From Nitrosopumilus sp. (GTDB lineage Archaea > Thermoproteota > Nitrososphaeria > Nitrososphaerales > Nitrosopumilaceae), in assembly GCA_965207075.1 (NCBI GenBank), contig CBDBLO010000002.1:1888001-1952000 (forward strand): DNA of 64,000 nt, given 5' to 3'. The notes under the pieces were generated by a model. That model searched no databases. It worked only from the letters and a program-made list of their open reading frames with translations, and was not told the origin of the DNA. Position 1 is the first letter of the stretch; each line of letters starts with the position of its first letter. The position numbers and the translations under genes are program-made. Of the stretch, positions 10,393 through 20,971 are shown in pieces.

Positions 10393-10920
10393 TTAATTGA
10401 TCTCGGCTATCGTGTCGCCCTTTGCGACCGTGGCAGACTCCCTTATCTTGATGGATCCCACGGTGCCGTCCTTGTGCGCCTTTACTGCCACCTGCATCTT
10501 CATCGACTCCAGGGTGCATACCACGTCGCCCTTTGCGACCGTGTCGCCCTCGGACACGGCGACCGATACGACCTTGCCGGGAATCTGGCTCTTCAGGGAG
10601 GACTGGGCTCCGCCGCCTGCACCGTCCGCGCCCGCGCCGCCGGAGTTCTTGTATACTATATCATCAAAGCCCGCGTGCATGCCAAGCGACATCTCCACAC
10701 CGTCGACGATCATGGATATCTCGCGGGTGGCGCGGGAGACGTACCTTGCCTTGTGGTACACATCATCAAGCATGAACTCGATGCCAGTCGACGTGACGCG
10801 AAGGACGCGAAGCTTGCGGTCGGCCCCGTTTATCCGGACCGTGTACTCGCCGCCTCCAAGCGGCTCGCCCATGCCGGCGTCCATCCCCTTGGCGTCGACC
10901 CCGTCTATTGAGAATTTCAT
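10393..10920 (-). CDS. accB: Biotin carboxyl carrier protein of acetyl/propionyl-CoA carboxylase
   Basis: LESMKMQ biotinylation motif; follows accC. Confidence 0.93.
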   Translation of the reverse strand: MKFSIDGVDAKGMDAGMGEPLGGGEYTVRINGADRKLRVLRVTSTGIEFMLDDVYHKARYVSRATREISMIVDGVEMSLGMHAGFDDIVYKNSGGAGADGAGGGAQSSLKSQIPGKVVSVAVSEGDTVAKGDVVCTLESMKMQVAVKAHKDGTVGSIKIRESATVAKGDTIAEIN

Positions 10921-12443
10921 TGCTGCATCCTCCACTGCTCGTGGCGGTGGCCCGCGTCCGCGTCGACTGCGCTGCCGCTGCCGCCGTCGTTGTCGTCCCC
11001 GCTGGCCCTGCTCTTGAGAAACTCCGAGTGCATCACAGCCGCGGCCATGGCCGCGTCCGCCCTTGACTTTTTGTCCTCGGCTATGTCATTTTCAAGCCTC
11101 TCGATCATGTTATACCGCTTCAGGAAGTCAGTAGAGAGCTGCCCCCCCTTGTACTCGTCGGAGCGCAGTATGGTCTTGTAGAGCGGTATGGACGTCTCCA
11201 CCCCGCGTATGTAAAAGTCGTCGAGCGCGACCAGCATCCTGCTGCGGGACTCCTCAAACGTCTGCCCCCACGTCACAAGCTTTGCCATCAGCGAGTCGTA
11301 AAACGGCGAGACCGTGCACCCCGGATACAGGTAGGTGTCGCACCTCACGCCGGGGCCCGCCGGCAGCTCCACGCCCGGGACGGGGCCCGTGGAGGGCGCA
11401 AAGTCCAGAAACGTGTCCTCCGCGTTTATGCGGCACTCGATGGCATACCCGTTCATCACGAGGTCCTTCTGCTTGAACGGCAGGGGCTCCCCGTTTGCGA
11501 TGTCGATCTGCAGCTTCACCAAGTCCAGACCCGACACGTACTCCGTGATGGGGTGCTCCACCTGGAGCCTCGCGTTTATCTCGATAAAGTAGAACTCGCC
11601 CGTATCAGCGCGCAGGAATTCCGCCGTGCCCAGGTTCGTGTAATCGACTGCCTCGGCCGCGTCGCAGACTATGGAGCCCACGCGCTCGCGGGTCTCGGCG
11701 TCGACGACAGGCGACGGGGTCTGCTCTATCAGCTTTTGGTTGCGGCGCTGTATCGAGCATTCGCGCTCAAACAGGTGCACGGTGTTGCCGTGCTTGTCGC
11801 GCGCCATCTGGTACTCGATGTGGCGCGTCTTTTCAAGGAACTTTTCGACCAGTATGGCCGACTTGCCGACTGCGGCAATCGACTCGCCGGTTACAGATTC
11901 GTACCCGGCGCGCAGCTCCTCGTCGTTTGAGGCCAGCCTGATCCCGCGGCCGCCGCCGCCGTACACGGACTTTAGCAGCACCGGATACCCGATGTCGTTT
12001 GCGGTGGACACGGCCTCCTCCACGTCCTTTACCAGGTCCGGGCTGCCCGGCACCGTCGGCACGTCGGCCTTTAGCATCGCGGCCTTGCAGCGCATCTTGT
12101 CGCCGCACAGGTTCATGGAGTCGGCGCTGGGCCCGATAAAGTTGACAGAGTTCTTTTCGCACAGGCGCGCAAAGTCGTCGTTCTCTGAGAGGAACCCGTA
12201 CCCCGGGTGGACCGCGTCGGCGCCCGACTTTTTGATCACGTCGAGCATCTTTTCCTGGTTGAGGTACGACTCGGCGGGGGCCGCCCGGCCTATATGGTAC
12301 GCCTCGCCTGCCTGCTTTACGTGCAGCGAGTTGGTGTCCTCGTCGGAGTATACCGCGACAGTCCCGATCCCGAGCGCGCGGCAGGTGCGTATCACCCGCA
12401 GCGCGATCTCGCCCCTGTTTGCGATCAGTACCTTTTCGATCAT
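10917..12443 (-). CDS. accC: Biotin carboxylase subunit of acetyl/propionyl-CoA carboxylase (3HP/4HB cycle)
   Basis: VLIANRGEIA, HPGYGFLSE, GGGGRGI, RECSIQRRNQK and RLQVEH motifs. Confidence 0.97.
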   Translation of the reverse strand: MIEKVLIANRGEIALRVIRTCRALGIGTVAVYSDEDTNSLHVKQAGEAYHIGRAAPAESYLNQEKMLDVIKKSGADAVHPGYGFLSENDDFARLCEKNSVNFIGPSADSMNLCGDKMRCKAAMLKADVPTVPGSPDLVKDVEEAVSTANDIGYPVLLKSVYGGGGRGIRLASNDEELRAGYESVTGESIAAVGKSAILVEKFLEKTRHIEYQMARDKHGNTVHLFERECSIQRRNQKLIEQTPSPVVDAETRERVGSIVCDAAEAVDYTNLGTAEFLRADTGEFYFIEINARLQVEHPITEYVSGLDLVKLQIDIANGEPLPFKQKDLVMNGYAIECRINAEDTFLDFAPSTGPVPGVELPAGPGVRCDTYLYPGCTVSPFYDSLMAKLVTWGQTFEESRSRMLVALDDFYIRGVETSIPLYKTILRSDEYKGGQLSTDFLKRYNMIERLENDIAEDKKSRADAAMAAAVMHSEFLKSRASGDDNDGGSGSAVDADAGHRHEQWRMQQ

Positions 12444-12510
12444 GCGAGGCTAGCCTCCATTCCACTCCCGCTGTAGCAACCGGAACTCACCATACAACCA
12501 CCACATCATA

Positions 12511-14058
12511 TTACAGGTTTATGTTCCCGTGCTTGCGCGACAGCTGCTTTTCGCGCTTGCCTGCAAGCATGTGCAGCGCCTTTATGAGCATGGGCCGGGT
12601 CTCGGCCGGATCGATCACGTTGTCCACGGTGCCGTGCGAGGCTGCCACGTACGGGTTCTCGAACTTTTCTACAAACTCGTCCACCAGTCCCTTGCTGAGC
12701 GACTCGGCGTCGTCTGCCGCCTGCAGCTCCTTGCGGTACATTATCTTGACTGCGGCCTCCCCGCCCAAAACGGCGCACCTGGCCGTGGGCCACGCATAGT
12801 TGATGTCCGTGCGCAGGTTCTTGCTTGCCATCGCGATGTACGCGCCGCCGTACGCCTTGCCCACCACCAGCGCGATCTTCGGGACGGTGGCCTCGCAGTA
12901 CGCGTACAGCAGCTTGGAGCCGTGCCGGATTATCCCGTTGTGCTCCTGGTTCGAGCCGGGCATGTACCCCGGAGTGTCCACCAGCGTTATGATCGGTATG
13001 GAGAACGCGTCGCAGAACCTGACGAACCGGGCGGCCTTGTTTGAGGAGTCGATGTCGAGCGCGCCGGCCAGGTGCATCGGGTTATTTGCCACTATCCCGA
13101 CCACCTTGCCGTCCATCCTCGCGTACCCCACTATGATGTTGGGCGCAAAGAGCTCGTGGACCTCGAAGAACTCGTTGTTGTCGACGATCTTGGTTATTAT
13201 CTCCTTCATGTCGTACGGCTCAAGCGGGTTTTCCGGGAGTATGTTTATGAGGTTGTGGTCGAGCCTGTTGGGATCGTCGTCGGACTTTACGGGCTCGGGG
13301 CCGCGCGAGTTGTTCTGCGGCAGGTACGACAAAAGGCGGCGTATGTAGTCCATGCAGTCGTACTCGTTGCTCGCGACAAAGTGGGCCACCCCGCTCTTGG
13401 TGCCGTGGGTCACCGCCCCGCCCAGGTCGTCAAATGATATCTCCTCGCCCAGCACGGTCTTCACCACGTCGGGGCCGGTCACGAACATGGTGCCGGCCTT
13501 TTGGACCATGATGACAAAGTCGGTCATGGCCGGCGAGTACACCGAGCCGCCCGCCGACGGGCCTATGCTGGCAGTTATCTGGGGGACGACGCCGGACGCG
13601 AGCTGGTTGTGGTAGAATATGTCCGCGAACCCGTCCAGGCTCATTATGCCCTCCTGTATGCGGGCCCCCCCGGAGTCCATTATCCCCACGACCGGGCACC
13701 CGGTGCGGACCGCGTGGTCCATAAGTTTCGTAATCTTCTTTGCCCCCATGTTGCTGAGCGTCCCGCCCAGCACGGTAAAGTCGTACGCGAATACGAACGT
13801 CTGCCGGCCCGCTATCTTGCCGTACCCCCCGACGACCCCGTCTGTAAAGTATTTCTTCTTCTGCATGTCGTACTCGTGGTAGTGGTGCGTGGCAAGCGGA
13901 TCCACCTCGACGAACGTCCCCTCGTCAAGCAGCAGGTCTATGCGCTCGCGGGCTGTCAGCTTGCCCTTTTCATGCTGGGCCTTTGTCCGGTCGGGCCCTC
14001 CGCCCTGCAGCGCCGTCTCGCGGTGCTGCCTAAACTTGTTGATTTTTTCAGAATGCAC
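12511..14058 (-). CDS. pccB: Carboxyltransferase subunit of acetyl/propionyl-CoA carboxylase
   Basis: GKLTARERI, DSGGARIQEG and KAYGGAY motifs, ends KHGNINL. Confidence 0.95.
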   Translation of the reverse strand: MHSEKINKFRQHRETALQGGGPDRTKAQHEKGKLTARERIDLLLDEGTFVEVDPLATHHYHEYDMQKKKYFTDGVVGGYGKIAGRQTFVFAYDFTVLGGTLSNMGAKKITKLMDHAVRTGCPVVGIMDSGGARIQEGIMSLDGFADIFYHNQLASGVVPQITASIGPSAGGSVYSPAMTDFVIMVQKAGTMFVTGPDVVKTVLGEEISFDDLGGAVTHGTKSGVAHFVASNEYDCMDYIRRLLSYLPQNNSRGPEPVKSDDDPNRLDHNLINILPENPLEPYDMKEIITKIVDNNEFFEVHELFAPNIIVGYARMDGKVVGIVANNPMHLAGALDIDSSNKAARFVRFCDAFSIPIITLVDTPGYMPGSNQEHNGIIRHGSKLLYAYCEATVPKIALVVGKAYGGAYIAMASKNLRTDINYAWPTARCAVLGGEAAVKIMYRKELQAADDAESLSKGLVDEFVEKFENPYVAASHGTVDNVIDPAETRPMLIKALHMLAGKREKQLSRKHGNINL

Positions 14059-14208
14059 TATGAGACGGGTTTAGTGCAGGTTTATATATCAAACTAGATT
14101 TTCGGGCTTTTTCTTTGTGGTGTGCCGTTTGCAGACGAGTCCGGCCGCGTCATGCCAGGCCGCCGTGCCAGGCCGCCGTGGGCCGGGGCCGCGCGGCATG
14201 CAGGTAGG

Positions 14209-14583
14209 TCAGCCCTGCAGGAGCGGGGGAAACCTGCTGCCCGTCGACTTTTGGTAAAGGCTCATCACGTCACCCTTCTGGCTGCAGTCATGGCACAGGC
14301 AGTTGGGCGAGACGTTGGGTATGTCGCAGCTGTCCTGGAACTCGCACTCTTGGCATCCGGCAGGCTTGCCGCACACCGCGCACGATATCCTGCCCGCGGG
14401 CCCCTCCTTGCTGCCGTCGTCGCCGTCGACTCCGGCGCAGCCAAGGTGCTTGACCCCGGCCCCCTTGGACCACATCCCTTGTTGGCCGGCGAGGATCGGC
14501 TTCGAGCACTCTGTGCACTTGCCCGTAAACTTCATCGTGATCTTTCTCCATTTTTGATCATCCGTGTAATCCGTAAGGCTCAT
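14209..14583 (-). CDS. Cys-rich (zinc-binding) hypothetical protein
   Basis: CTEC, CAVC, CQEC and CLCHDC motifs; lies in a same-strand gene run. Confidence 0.75.
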   Translation of the reverse strand: MSLTDYTDDQKWRKITMKFTGKCTECSKPILAGQQGMWSKGAGVKHLGCAGVDGDDGSKEGPAGRISCAVCGKPAGCQECEFQDSCDIPNVSPNCLCHDCSQKGDVMSLYQKSTGSRFPPLLQG

Positions 14584-14643
14584 CCGAGATGCCTCCCCTC
14601 CAAATACAATGGCCCGCGCGCGGTGCGGTGGCGGCGGCGCATA

Positions 14644-15921
14644 CTATCCCCTTGACGCCCCAAGCCTCGCGGCCTCCTTTGCGATAATCTCCCCGCTCTC
14701 ATCCTCCTTCGGGTCCGGCGTCACAATGGCGCCCGACTTCATGCAGTGCAGCATGTATGGCAGAAACATAGAGCCAAACGTGCTTGCAGACACGTGCAGC
14801 GCCGGCCTCACTGCGGCCGCAAGCGCCCTTATCTTGGCGCCGTCAAACCGGATGCGCGTCAGGAGAGGCCATGGCAGGTTGTACTTGGCGTACTTTATCG
14901 CCGCGGCCGCGCCGCCGGATCCAGAGGCGCCCGACGGTCCCGCTCCCTTGGTTGCTGCTGCTGCTGCCGCTGCTGTAACGCCGTACATGCCCAGCAGCAA
15001 ACCGTCCAGATACCGGAGCAGCCTCCAGTTCTGCGTGCGCATGATACGGCCGTACAGCACGTCGGCATCCGATATGATACGGAGCAGCTCGGCCATCACG
15101 GCGGGATCAAGCCCCCTGCTTGTCACCACGCTGGAGTAGAACGCGGCAATCTTCTCACGCGGGTCGGACTGCATGCGCCGCAGCACGCCGGCCGCTTCCT
15201 CCGCGGACTCGGCCCCGAAGAACGCCGGCACCGCCTGTTCCGCTGCAAGCACGTCATCCGGCGTCTCCGTCTGCGGGTTGAACCCGGTCGCGTACGACTG
15301 CGCTAGGTTCATCATGGAGCGTATGTCGCCCCTCGACCTGTTGACGATCTTGATGAGCATCCCGTACCCGACCCTCTTGGAGGGGCCGTCAGGCGAGCCG
15401 GCATCCTCGGACTTCAGCACGCCCTCCAGGTACGCCCGCAGCAGGCGGGGCGGGACGCGGCGGAACCTCACCGTGGTGGCCGCCTTTGTCACGGGCTTCA
15501 TCTTGTCGTGGGTGTCGTCGTTTGCGGCAAGTATTATCGGCACCGACGTGCGCTTCATTATGTCGACCAGCGCGGCCGAGCCGCCGTAGTCGCTGCGCCC
15601 GTGTATCCCGTCCACCTCGTCGATGAATATCATCGCGGGCCTGCCCGTTACGGCGGCGTTTCCCAGGACGGGTTCGAGAATCTCGCTTATCTTTGACTTG
15701 CTGCGCACGTCGCTTGCGTTGAGGCCTATCATGTCGTACCCGAACTGTTCGGCAAGCAGGAACGCCATCGTGGTCTTGCCCACGCCGGGGGGGCCCACGA
15801 GCAGCAGGGGCTTTGTGCCCGCCTTCCACTTTGCAAGCCACGTGACGATGGCCGCGCGGGGCTCCTCGTTTCCGACCATGTCGCGCACGGAGGAGGGGCG
15901 GTGCTTTTCGGACCACATCAT
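14644..15921 (-). CDS. rfcL: Replication factor C large subunit
   Basis: WSEKHRP, GPPGVGKTT, LNASDVRS, IDEVDG and GDIRS motifs. Confidence 0.92.
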   Translation of the reverse strand: MMWSEKHRPSSVRDMVGNEEPRAAIVTWLAKWKAGTKPLLLVGPPGVGKTTMAFLLAEQFGYDMIGLNASDVRSKSKISEILEPVLGNAAVTGRPAMIFIDEVDGIHGRSDYGGSAALVDIMKRTSVPIILAANDDTHDKMKPVTKAATTVRFRRVPPRLLRAYLEGVLKSEDAGSPDGPSKRVGYGMLIKIVNRSRGDIRSMMNLAQSYATGFNPQTETPDDVLAAEQAVPAFFGAESAEEAAGVLRRMQSDPREKIAAFYSSVVTSRGLDPAVMAELLRIISDADVLYGRIMRTQNWRLLRYLDGLLLGMYGVTAAAAAAATKGAGPSGASGSGGAAAAIKYAKYNLPWPLLTRIRFDGAKIRALAAAVRPALHVSASTFGSMFLPYMLHCMKSGAIVTPDPKEDESGEIIAKEAARLGASRG

Positions 15922-15957
15922 GGTTCGGGTGCGCCCTCCCGTCCTTCCCCCTTCATG

Positions 15958-17115
15958 TTACTCTGCCTTCCCTGTACCGTCCGCGCCGCCGCTACCGCGC
16001 GCCGGCAGGCTGGAGTCAAACTCGTCCCACGCGCCAAGCTGCAGCAGCCTGTCGTACCAGTACCTGTTGTAGTGCTCCATCGTAACAAACAGGAACTCCA
16101 AGAGCTCCGTGGCCTCGAACTCCTCGGGCAGCAGCGATATCGCAAGGCGCGCGTCCTGCAGGTACAGGTCACCCTTCCGGGCAGCTGCCTCAAAGCCGGC
16201 CTGCGAGCTGCCCGACAGCACCGAATAATACAGAGGCCAGGACGGGACCTTTACCGCGCGGTCCCTTATCGAGTCCTCGATCTCGTTTCCGCACCCCACG
16301 CCCTCGGCGGCCTTTGCCATGCCCAGATAGAATATGTCGCCAAGCGGCCTCTCGGCAAGGGCCATGTTGCGGCCCGCCGTGCCCATCACGGCCCTGTACT
16401 TTTTGTACGAGGTGGTCATGTCGTCCTCGGTTATCTCGCCGGGCGCGGACTTTAGCTGCTCGTCGAGGTCCTGGCCCAGCCGCGCGTCGGCAAAGCCGGC
16501 CTCAAACGATCCGAGTATGGCGTCGCCGCCCCTTGATATGCGGCTCCTTGCAAGGCCCAGTATGTACGGGTTCATGAGGCGGTAGTCGTCCAAGTACTTT
16601 AGGTCCTCGTCCTTGTCGACGATGCGGTCCATCGGTTCGCTGAGGTCGATGGCCATTATGTGGCCCTCCACTATGTCGCGGCGCAGGCCGTCGCCTTGGT
16701 CGTCCCCGCGAAGCGCGGCCGCCCCGTCATATAGCGCGTTGAACACGGGAAACGTCATCTTTACAAAGTTGGAGTCAAGTATGCGGTTCACCCTGACCTG
16801 CAGCTCGTCCATGCTCTGCAAGCGATCCCTGGCCGCGTCCGCGCCGGAGGGGGACAACCCCATCTCAGGCGAGCCCACCTCGTCGGCGAACCTCCTTACG
16901 GTGTCGTGCGGCGAGCCGTCGGAGGATATCGCGCCGTGCAGGTCGGCCGCAAACCGCCGCGCAAAGTCCGCAAAGTTTTCCTCGGCCTCGGTCTTGTACC
17001 TGTCAAACAGCCTGTATCCCTTTGACTTGAAGAGTTTCTGGCGTATCAGCTGCTTGCCGGGCTTTGTGCTTGCTAGCGCCCCCTTGTCAAAGACCGACTG
17101 GTTTTTGCCTAGCAC
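15958..17115 (-). CDS. Conserved hypothetical protein
   Basis: Long ORF with host-like codon bias; GTG at 17115 chosen because a TATA-like patch lies about 25 nt upstream (track start 17232). Confidence 0.75.
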   Translation of the reverse strand: MLGKNQSVFDKGALASTKPGKQLIRQKLFKSKGYRLFDRYKTEAEENFADFARRFAADLHGAISSDGSPHDTVRRFADEVGSPEMGLSPSGADAARDRLQSMDELQVRVNRILDSNFVKMTFPVFNALYDGAAALRGDDQGDGLRRDIVEGHIMAIDLSEPMDRIVDKDEDLKYLDDYRLMNPYILGLARSRISRGGDAILGSFEAGFADARLGQDLDEQLKSAPGEITEDDMTTSYKKYRAVMGTAGRNMALAERPLGDIFYLGMAKAAEGVGCGNEIEDSIRDRAVKVPSWPLYYSVLSGSSQAGFEAAARKGDLYLQDARLAISLLPEEFEATELLEFLFVTMEHYNRYWYDRLLQLGAWDEFDSSLPARGSGGADGTGKAE

Positions 17116-17277
17116 AGTATGCGCGGCGCCGCGTTCGTATTTATGTATTGAAAGAAAAGGCACCGCGCCGGCCGCCCCCTTCCGCTGCTGCGTCCACGCT
17201 GCTGCATCTACCCCGTTGCTGCATCCCTCCATGCTGTCCCTTCTTTCTTTAAATTACGACGTGCCGGACACGTCCTT

Positions 17278-18105
17278 GTGTCGCACGACGTCATAGGGAT
17301 ACTAAAGGAGGCCTCTCGCCTCATATACCAGAATACAAAGGGCATGGCCGGCACGCCGGACGCGGCCGGGAACTACGGCGTGGGGGCCGGCGGCGACGTG
17401 TCGAGGAGAATAGACATCGTGGCAGAAAAGACCGTGCTCGACTTTCTGGAGCGCTCTGGCCTGCCGTGCGTGGTGCTGGGCGAGGAGTGCGGCAGGGTAG
17501 AGCTGTCAGAGGATCCGATCGGCTATGTCATAATGGACGCGATAGACGGCTCTGCAAACGCAGTCAGGGGCGTCCCGTTCTTTTGCAGCTCGCTTGCGTT
17601 TGCCACGGGAGACAGGCTCAGCACCGTGTCTGCCGGCGTCGTGACGGACCTGAGCAACGGCGACATGTACTGGGCCACGGCCGGGGGCGGGGCCTACATG
17701 AACGGCAAGCCCATACACGTCCGCGATACGGATCCCATATACCGTATAGTCGGGGTCAACTTATCCTGGGCGACGCCAGACATGACGGCCAGGATGCAGC
17801 CGCTCTTTGAGGGCAACAACCACATCAGGCACTTTGGCGCAAACGCGCTGGAGATGGCCTTCTTTGCGCGCGGGCTGCTTGACGCCTTTGTGGACATAAG
17901 GGGCATGATACGCATACAGGACATTGCGGCCGGATACATCATAGCAAGGGAGGCCGGCGGCATACTGCTAGACGAGCAGATGAGTCCGCTTGACGCCGGC
18001 CTCGATTATGAAACGCGCATCTCGTTTGTGATGGCGTCAAACAAGGACGCGCTGGACTCCATAGTGACAGGAATGGGCTGGGGAGCCACTGACCGCACCC
18101 CCTAA
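17278..18105 (+). CDS. Inositol monophosphatase / fructose-1,6-bisphosphatase
   Basis: LGEE, DAIDGSAN and DIAAG motifs of the FIG superfamily. Confidence 0.9.
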   Translation: MSHDVIGILKEASRLIYQNTKGMAGTPDAAGNYGVGAGGDVSRRIDIVAEKTVLDFLERSGLPCVVLGEECGRVELSEDPIGYVIMDAIDGSANAVRGVPFFCSSLAFATGDRLSTVSAGVVTDLSNGDMYWATAGGGAYMNGKPIHVRDTDPIYRIVGVNLSWATPDMTARMQPLFEGNNHIRHFGANALEMAFFARGLLDAFVDIRGMIRIQDIAAGYIIAREAGGILLDEQMSPLDAGLDYETRISFVMASNKDALDSIVTGMGWGATDRTP

Positions 18106-18162
18106 CGGGGCGCCCCGCCGGCGGCAGATGCATTTAAGCGGCCGTGCCGGGTACGCTCCTCG

Positions 18163-19218
18163 TTGAGGGCGGTATACTTTGACGGTGTAGGCGCGCGCAC
18201 GACAAACGACTATCCGGATCCCGGCGCAGGCGGCAATGCCGCTGCAGGAGGCGAATCCACGGTGAGCGTCACGCTTGCCGGCATATGCGGCACCGACCTG
18301 GAGATACTCGACGGGTACATGTCGTACCGCGGGGTGCCCGGACACGAGTTTGTCGGCGTGGTCGAGAGGTCAGGAACGCATGATACGGCGCTGGTGGGAA
18401 AAAGGGTGGCAGGCGAGATCAACGTCGGGTGCGGCCGGTGTGGCAGATGCCAGAGCGGCATGGAGCGCCACTGCCCCGCCCGCACCGTGCTCGGGATACA
18501 GGGCCGCGACGGCGCGTTTGCCGAACGGCTGTCACTGCCTGCAAGAAACCTGCACTACGTGCCCGACTCGGTCTCCGACGAGCAGGCCGTGTTCATCGAG
18601 CCGCTGGCGGCTGCATTTGAGATAAGCGAGCAGGTGCAGGCGGCGGCAGGCGACAGGGCCGCCGTGGTGGGCGACGGGAGGCTTGCCCAGCTGGTATGCC
18701 AGGTGCTCAGGATGTCGCACGGCGACGTTACATGCTTTGGCAGGCATGCAGAAAAGCTGAAGATGCTTGAGAGGTTCGGCATCAGCACGCGCCTGAGGGC
18801 AGGGCCTGCGGGGGAGGGGAATGAGGATGAGAGGGAGAGGAATGGAAACGGGAGCGGCAGCCAAGGCGGCGACGGGACCGCAGACGGCGACAGGCAGGCC
18901 TTTGACATCGTGGTGGACGCAAGCGGCAGCGTGTCCGGCTTCGCAGACGCGATGTATCTGACGAGGCCACGCGGCACGCTGGTCCTAAAGTCCACCACCG
19001 CGTCGGGGAGCGGGGCGGACCTGACGCCGGCCGTGGTACACGAGGTGACGCTGGTCGGCTCCAGATGCGGGGTCTTTGGGCCCGCCATAGAGGCGCTCGC
19101 GACGGGAACGGTGCAGGTCGACCACATGGTGGACTCGACGTTTCCGCTAGACGGGTTTGGGGCCGCCGTCAGGCGCTCAAGGGAAGGCGACGCCCTAAAG
19201 GTCATGCTGAAACCCTAG
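18163..19218 (+). CDS. Zn-dependent alcohol dehydrogenase (MDR family)
   Basis: GICGTD, GHEFVG, CxxCxxC...C structural Zn site and EPLAAA; Gly-rich insertion. Confidence 0.9.
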   Translation: MRAVYFDGVGARTTNDYPDPGAGGNAAAGGESTVSVTLAGICGTDLEILDGYMSYRGVPGHEFVGVVERSGTHDTALVGKRVAGEINVGCGRCGRCQSGMERHCPARTVLGIQGRDGAFAERLSLPARNLHYVPDSVSDEQAVFIEPLAAAFEISEQVQAAAGDRAAVVGDGRLAQLVCQVLRMSHGDVTCFGRHAEKLKMLERFGISTRLRAGPAGEGNEDERERNGNGSGSQGGDGTADGDRQAFDIVVDASGSVSGFADAMYLTRPRGTLVLKSTTASGSGADLTPAVVHEVTLVGSRCGVFGPAIEALATGTVQVDHMVDSTFPLDGFGAAVRRSREGDALKVMLKP

Positions 19219-19244
19219 CCGCGCGGCGCGGTGCTTTTAGCGCG

Positions 19245-19535
19245 CTAGCCCGTGCCGTCGCGCGGCGTGACGCTCCCAGATTCGACGTCCACGTCTAGTA
19301 CAGATACCGATATGTTGTCGCGCTTTCTTATCTCCTCGAGCTCCTCCATCGTAAGGTCGATTTCGCCGGGGTTTGAGATCTTGTCGGGAAGAAAGTCGGG
19401 CTTGGGTCCCCCCTTAAAGTTCCACATCACCATCTTGTCTGAGACGTCGATGTCCTTGAAGATGACCATGTCGGCATCCTCGCGCCGCGTGGCGTGCTCC
19501 CCGCCCGCTGCATGGTACGTGAACTCAAGCGTCAT
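19245..19535 (-). CDS. Hypothetical protein
   Basis: 96-aa ORF with host-like codon usage and a TATA-like patch upstream. Confidence 0.65.
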   Translation of the reverse strand: MTLEFTYHAAGGEHATRREDADMVIFKDIDVSDKMVMWNFKGGPKPDFLPDKISNPGEIDLTMEELEEIRKRDNISVSVLDVDVESGSVTPRDGTG

Positions 19536-19889
19536 GCCGCGCGCGCGGCAAATTGCAATAAATAGCTATATTTCGGATCAGGGCACGCGGCGGACGCCAC
19601 ACCAGAGTGATCACACGGGCATGATCACTTGTTTCGATCACGTGAATGAGGGGGAGTAAAAATGACGACGGAGAACACGGGCCGTACACACGGCACGCGC
19701 GCACGGAAAAAATACCAGGCGGATGCCGCGGCCGGCCGCGGAACGGCAGCCTTCCCGGCGGGGCCCACCAGGTCGCGCCTGCGGCGCCGGCCCGAACCGC
19801 TGCCGGGCATCACGGCCGCTACAGACAGCGGCGCGGAGCCGCGCCGCCAAAAGCAATATTTTTTAACCGACGCGTCCGAGCTTGTCTGA

Positions 19890-20732
19890 ATGGTAAGCGA
19901 GGTCAAGGCAAAGATAACGTACATGGAGCTGCTAAAGGAGGACCTCATAGTCATAAGGCTGGTCCCGAACAGCGGCATGCCGGACTACAGGACGGGGCAG
20001 TTCCTGACCATAGGCGTCCCCATACCGACTGAGAAGAAGATAGTCAGGCGCGCCTACTCCATAGCGTCGCACCCGGAGAACCGCGAGTATTTCGAGTTTG
20101 TAATAAGGTGGGTCAGGAAGCCGCTGCCGGGCAGGGTGACCACGGAGCTGTTCTATGCAAACGTGGGCGACGAGGTCTGGCTCGGCGATCCGACGGGCGC
20201 GGCGCTCCAGATAAGCGAGACGCTCCCCGACGGCCAAGAGGACAACAGGCGCATCATATGCGTCGGAGGGGGCACCGGAATAGCCCCGTTCATAGCGTTT
20301 GCAAAGCACTTCCACGACACCAACGACCGCCGCGAGGTCGTGGTGCTGCACGGGGCAAGCTATGTGGACGAGCTGAGCTACAAGCGGCTGCTGACGGGCC
20401 TCGAGGAGGAGAGCGAGAAGAGGGGCAGGGACAAGTGGAACTTTAGGTACAAGGCCGCCATATCAAGGCCGAAGGAGTTCTTCAACAGGTCGTGGAACGG
20501 CCACACGGGAAGGGTCGAGTCCTTTTTCGTGCCGAACAAAAAGACGGGCCTCTCGCCTGTAGAGGAGATGGTCGGCGAGCAGATCACGCCGGAGAACACC
20601 ATAATCTACATCTGCGGCTACCAGGGAACCATAGACGGCGTGATCGACGCCATCGGCGGCAGGGGCTTTGTGACGGAGCACGACAAGAACCCCGACGGCA
20701 GCTACAGCATAAAGTACGAGTCGTACGGGTGA
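19890..20732 (+). CDS. Ferredoxin--NADP+ reductase (FNR-like)
   Basis: RRAYSIAS, GGTGIAPF and YICG motifs, C-terminal ESYG. Confidence 0.9.
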   Translation: MVSEVKAKITYMELLKEDLIVIRLVPNSGMPDYRTGQFLTIGVPIPTEKKIVRRAYSIASHPENREYFEFVIRWVRKPLPGRVTTELFYANVGDEVWLGDPTGAALQISETLPDGQEDNRRIICVGGGTGIAPFIAFAKHFHDTNDRREVVVLHGASYVDELSYKRLLTGLEEESEKRGRDKWNFRYKAAISRPKEFFNRSWNGHTGRVESFFVPNKKTGLSPVEEMVGEQITPENTIIYICGYQGTIDGVIDAIGGRGFVTEHDKNPDGSYSIKYESYG

Positions 20733-20798
20733 CCCCGGCGCCGCGGGAGGGGCGGCACGGAATACAGGATTTTTATAATCAGTATAGTCAGGGCGGGC

Positions 20799-20966
20799 AT
20801 GGTAAAGCTGGCCTGCAGGGACTACGGCTTTGAGTGCGACTACGTAGCGGAGGGCGAGGAAGGCGAGGTGGTCGACAGCTTTAGGGACCACATGGAGACT
20901 GAACACGGCATAGAATACTCCAGAGAGGCCATACTGCAGTTTGTCATGCGCAAGCAGGGGCTCTGA
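20799..20966 (+). CDS. Small metal-binding protein (DUF1059-like)
   Basis: Below the track cut-off: MVKLACRDYGFECDYVAEGEEGEVVDSFRDHMETEHGIEYSREAILQFVMRKQGL; TTTATAA upstream. Confidence 0.85.
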   Translation: MVKLACRDYGFECDYVAEGEEGEVVDSFRDHMETEHGIEYSREAILQFVMRKQGL

Positions 20967-20971
20967 CCGCA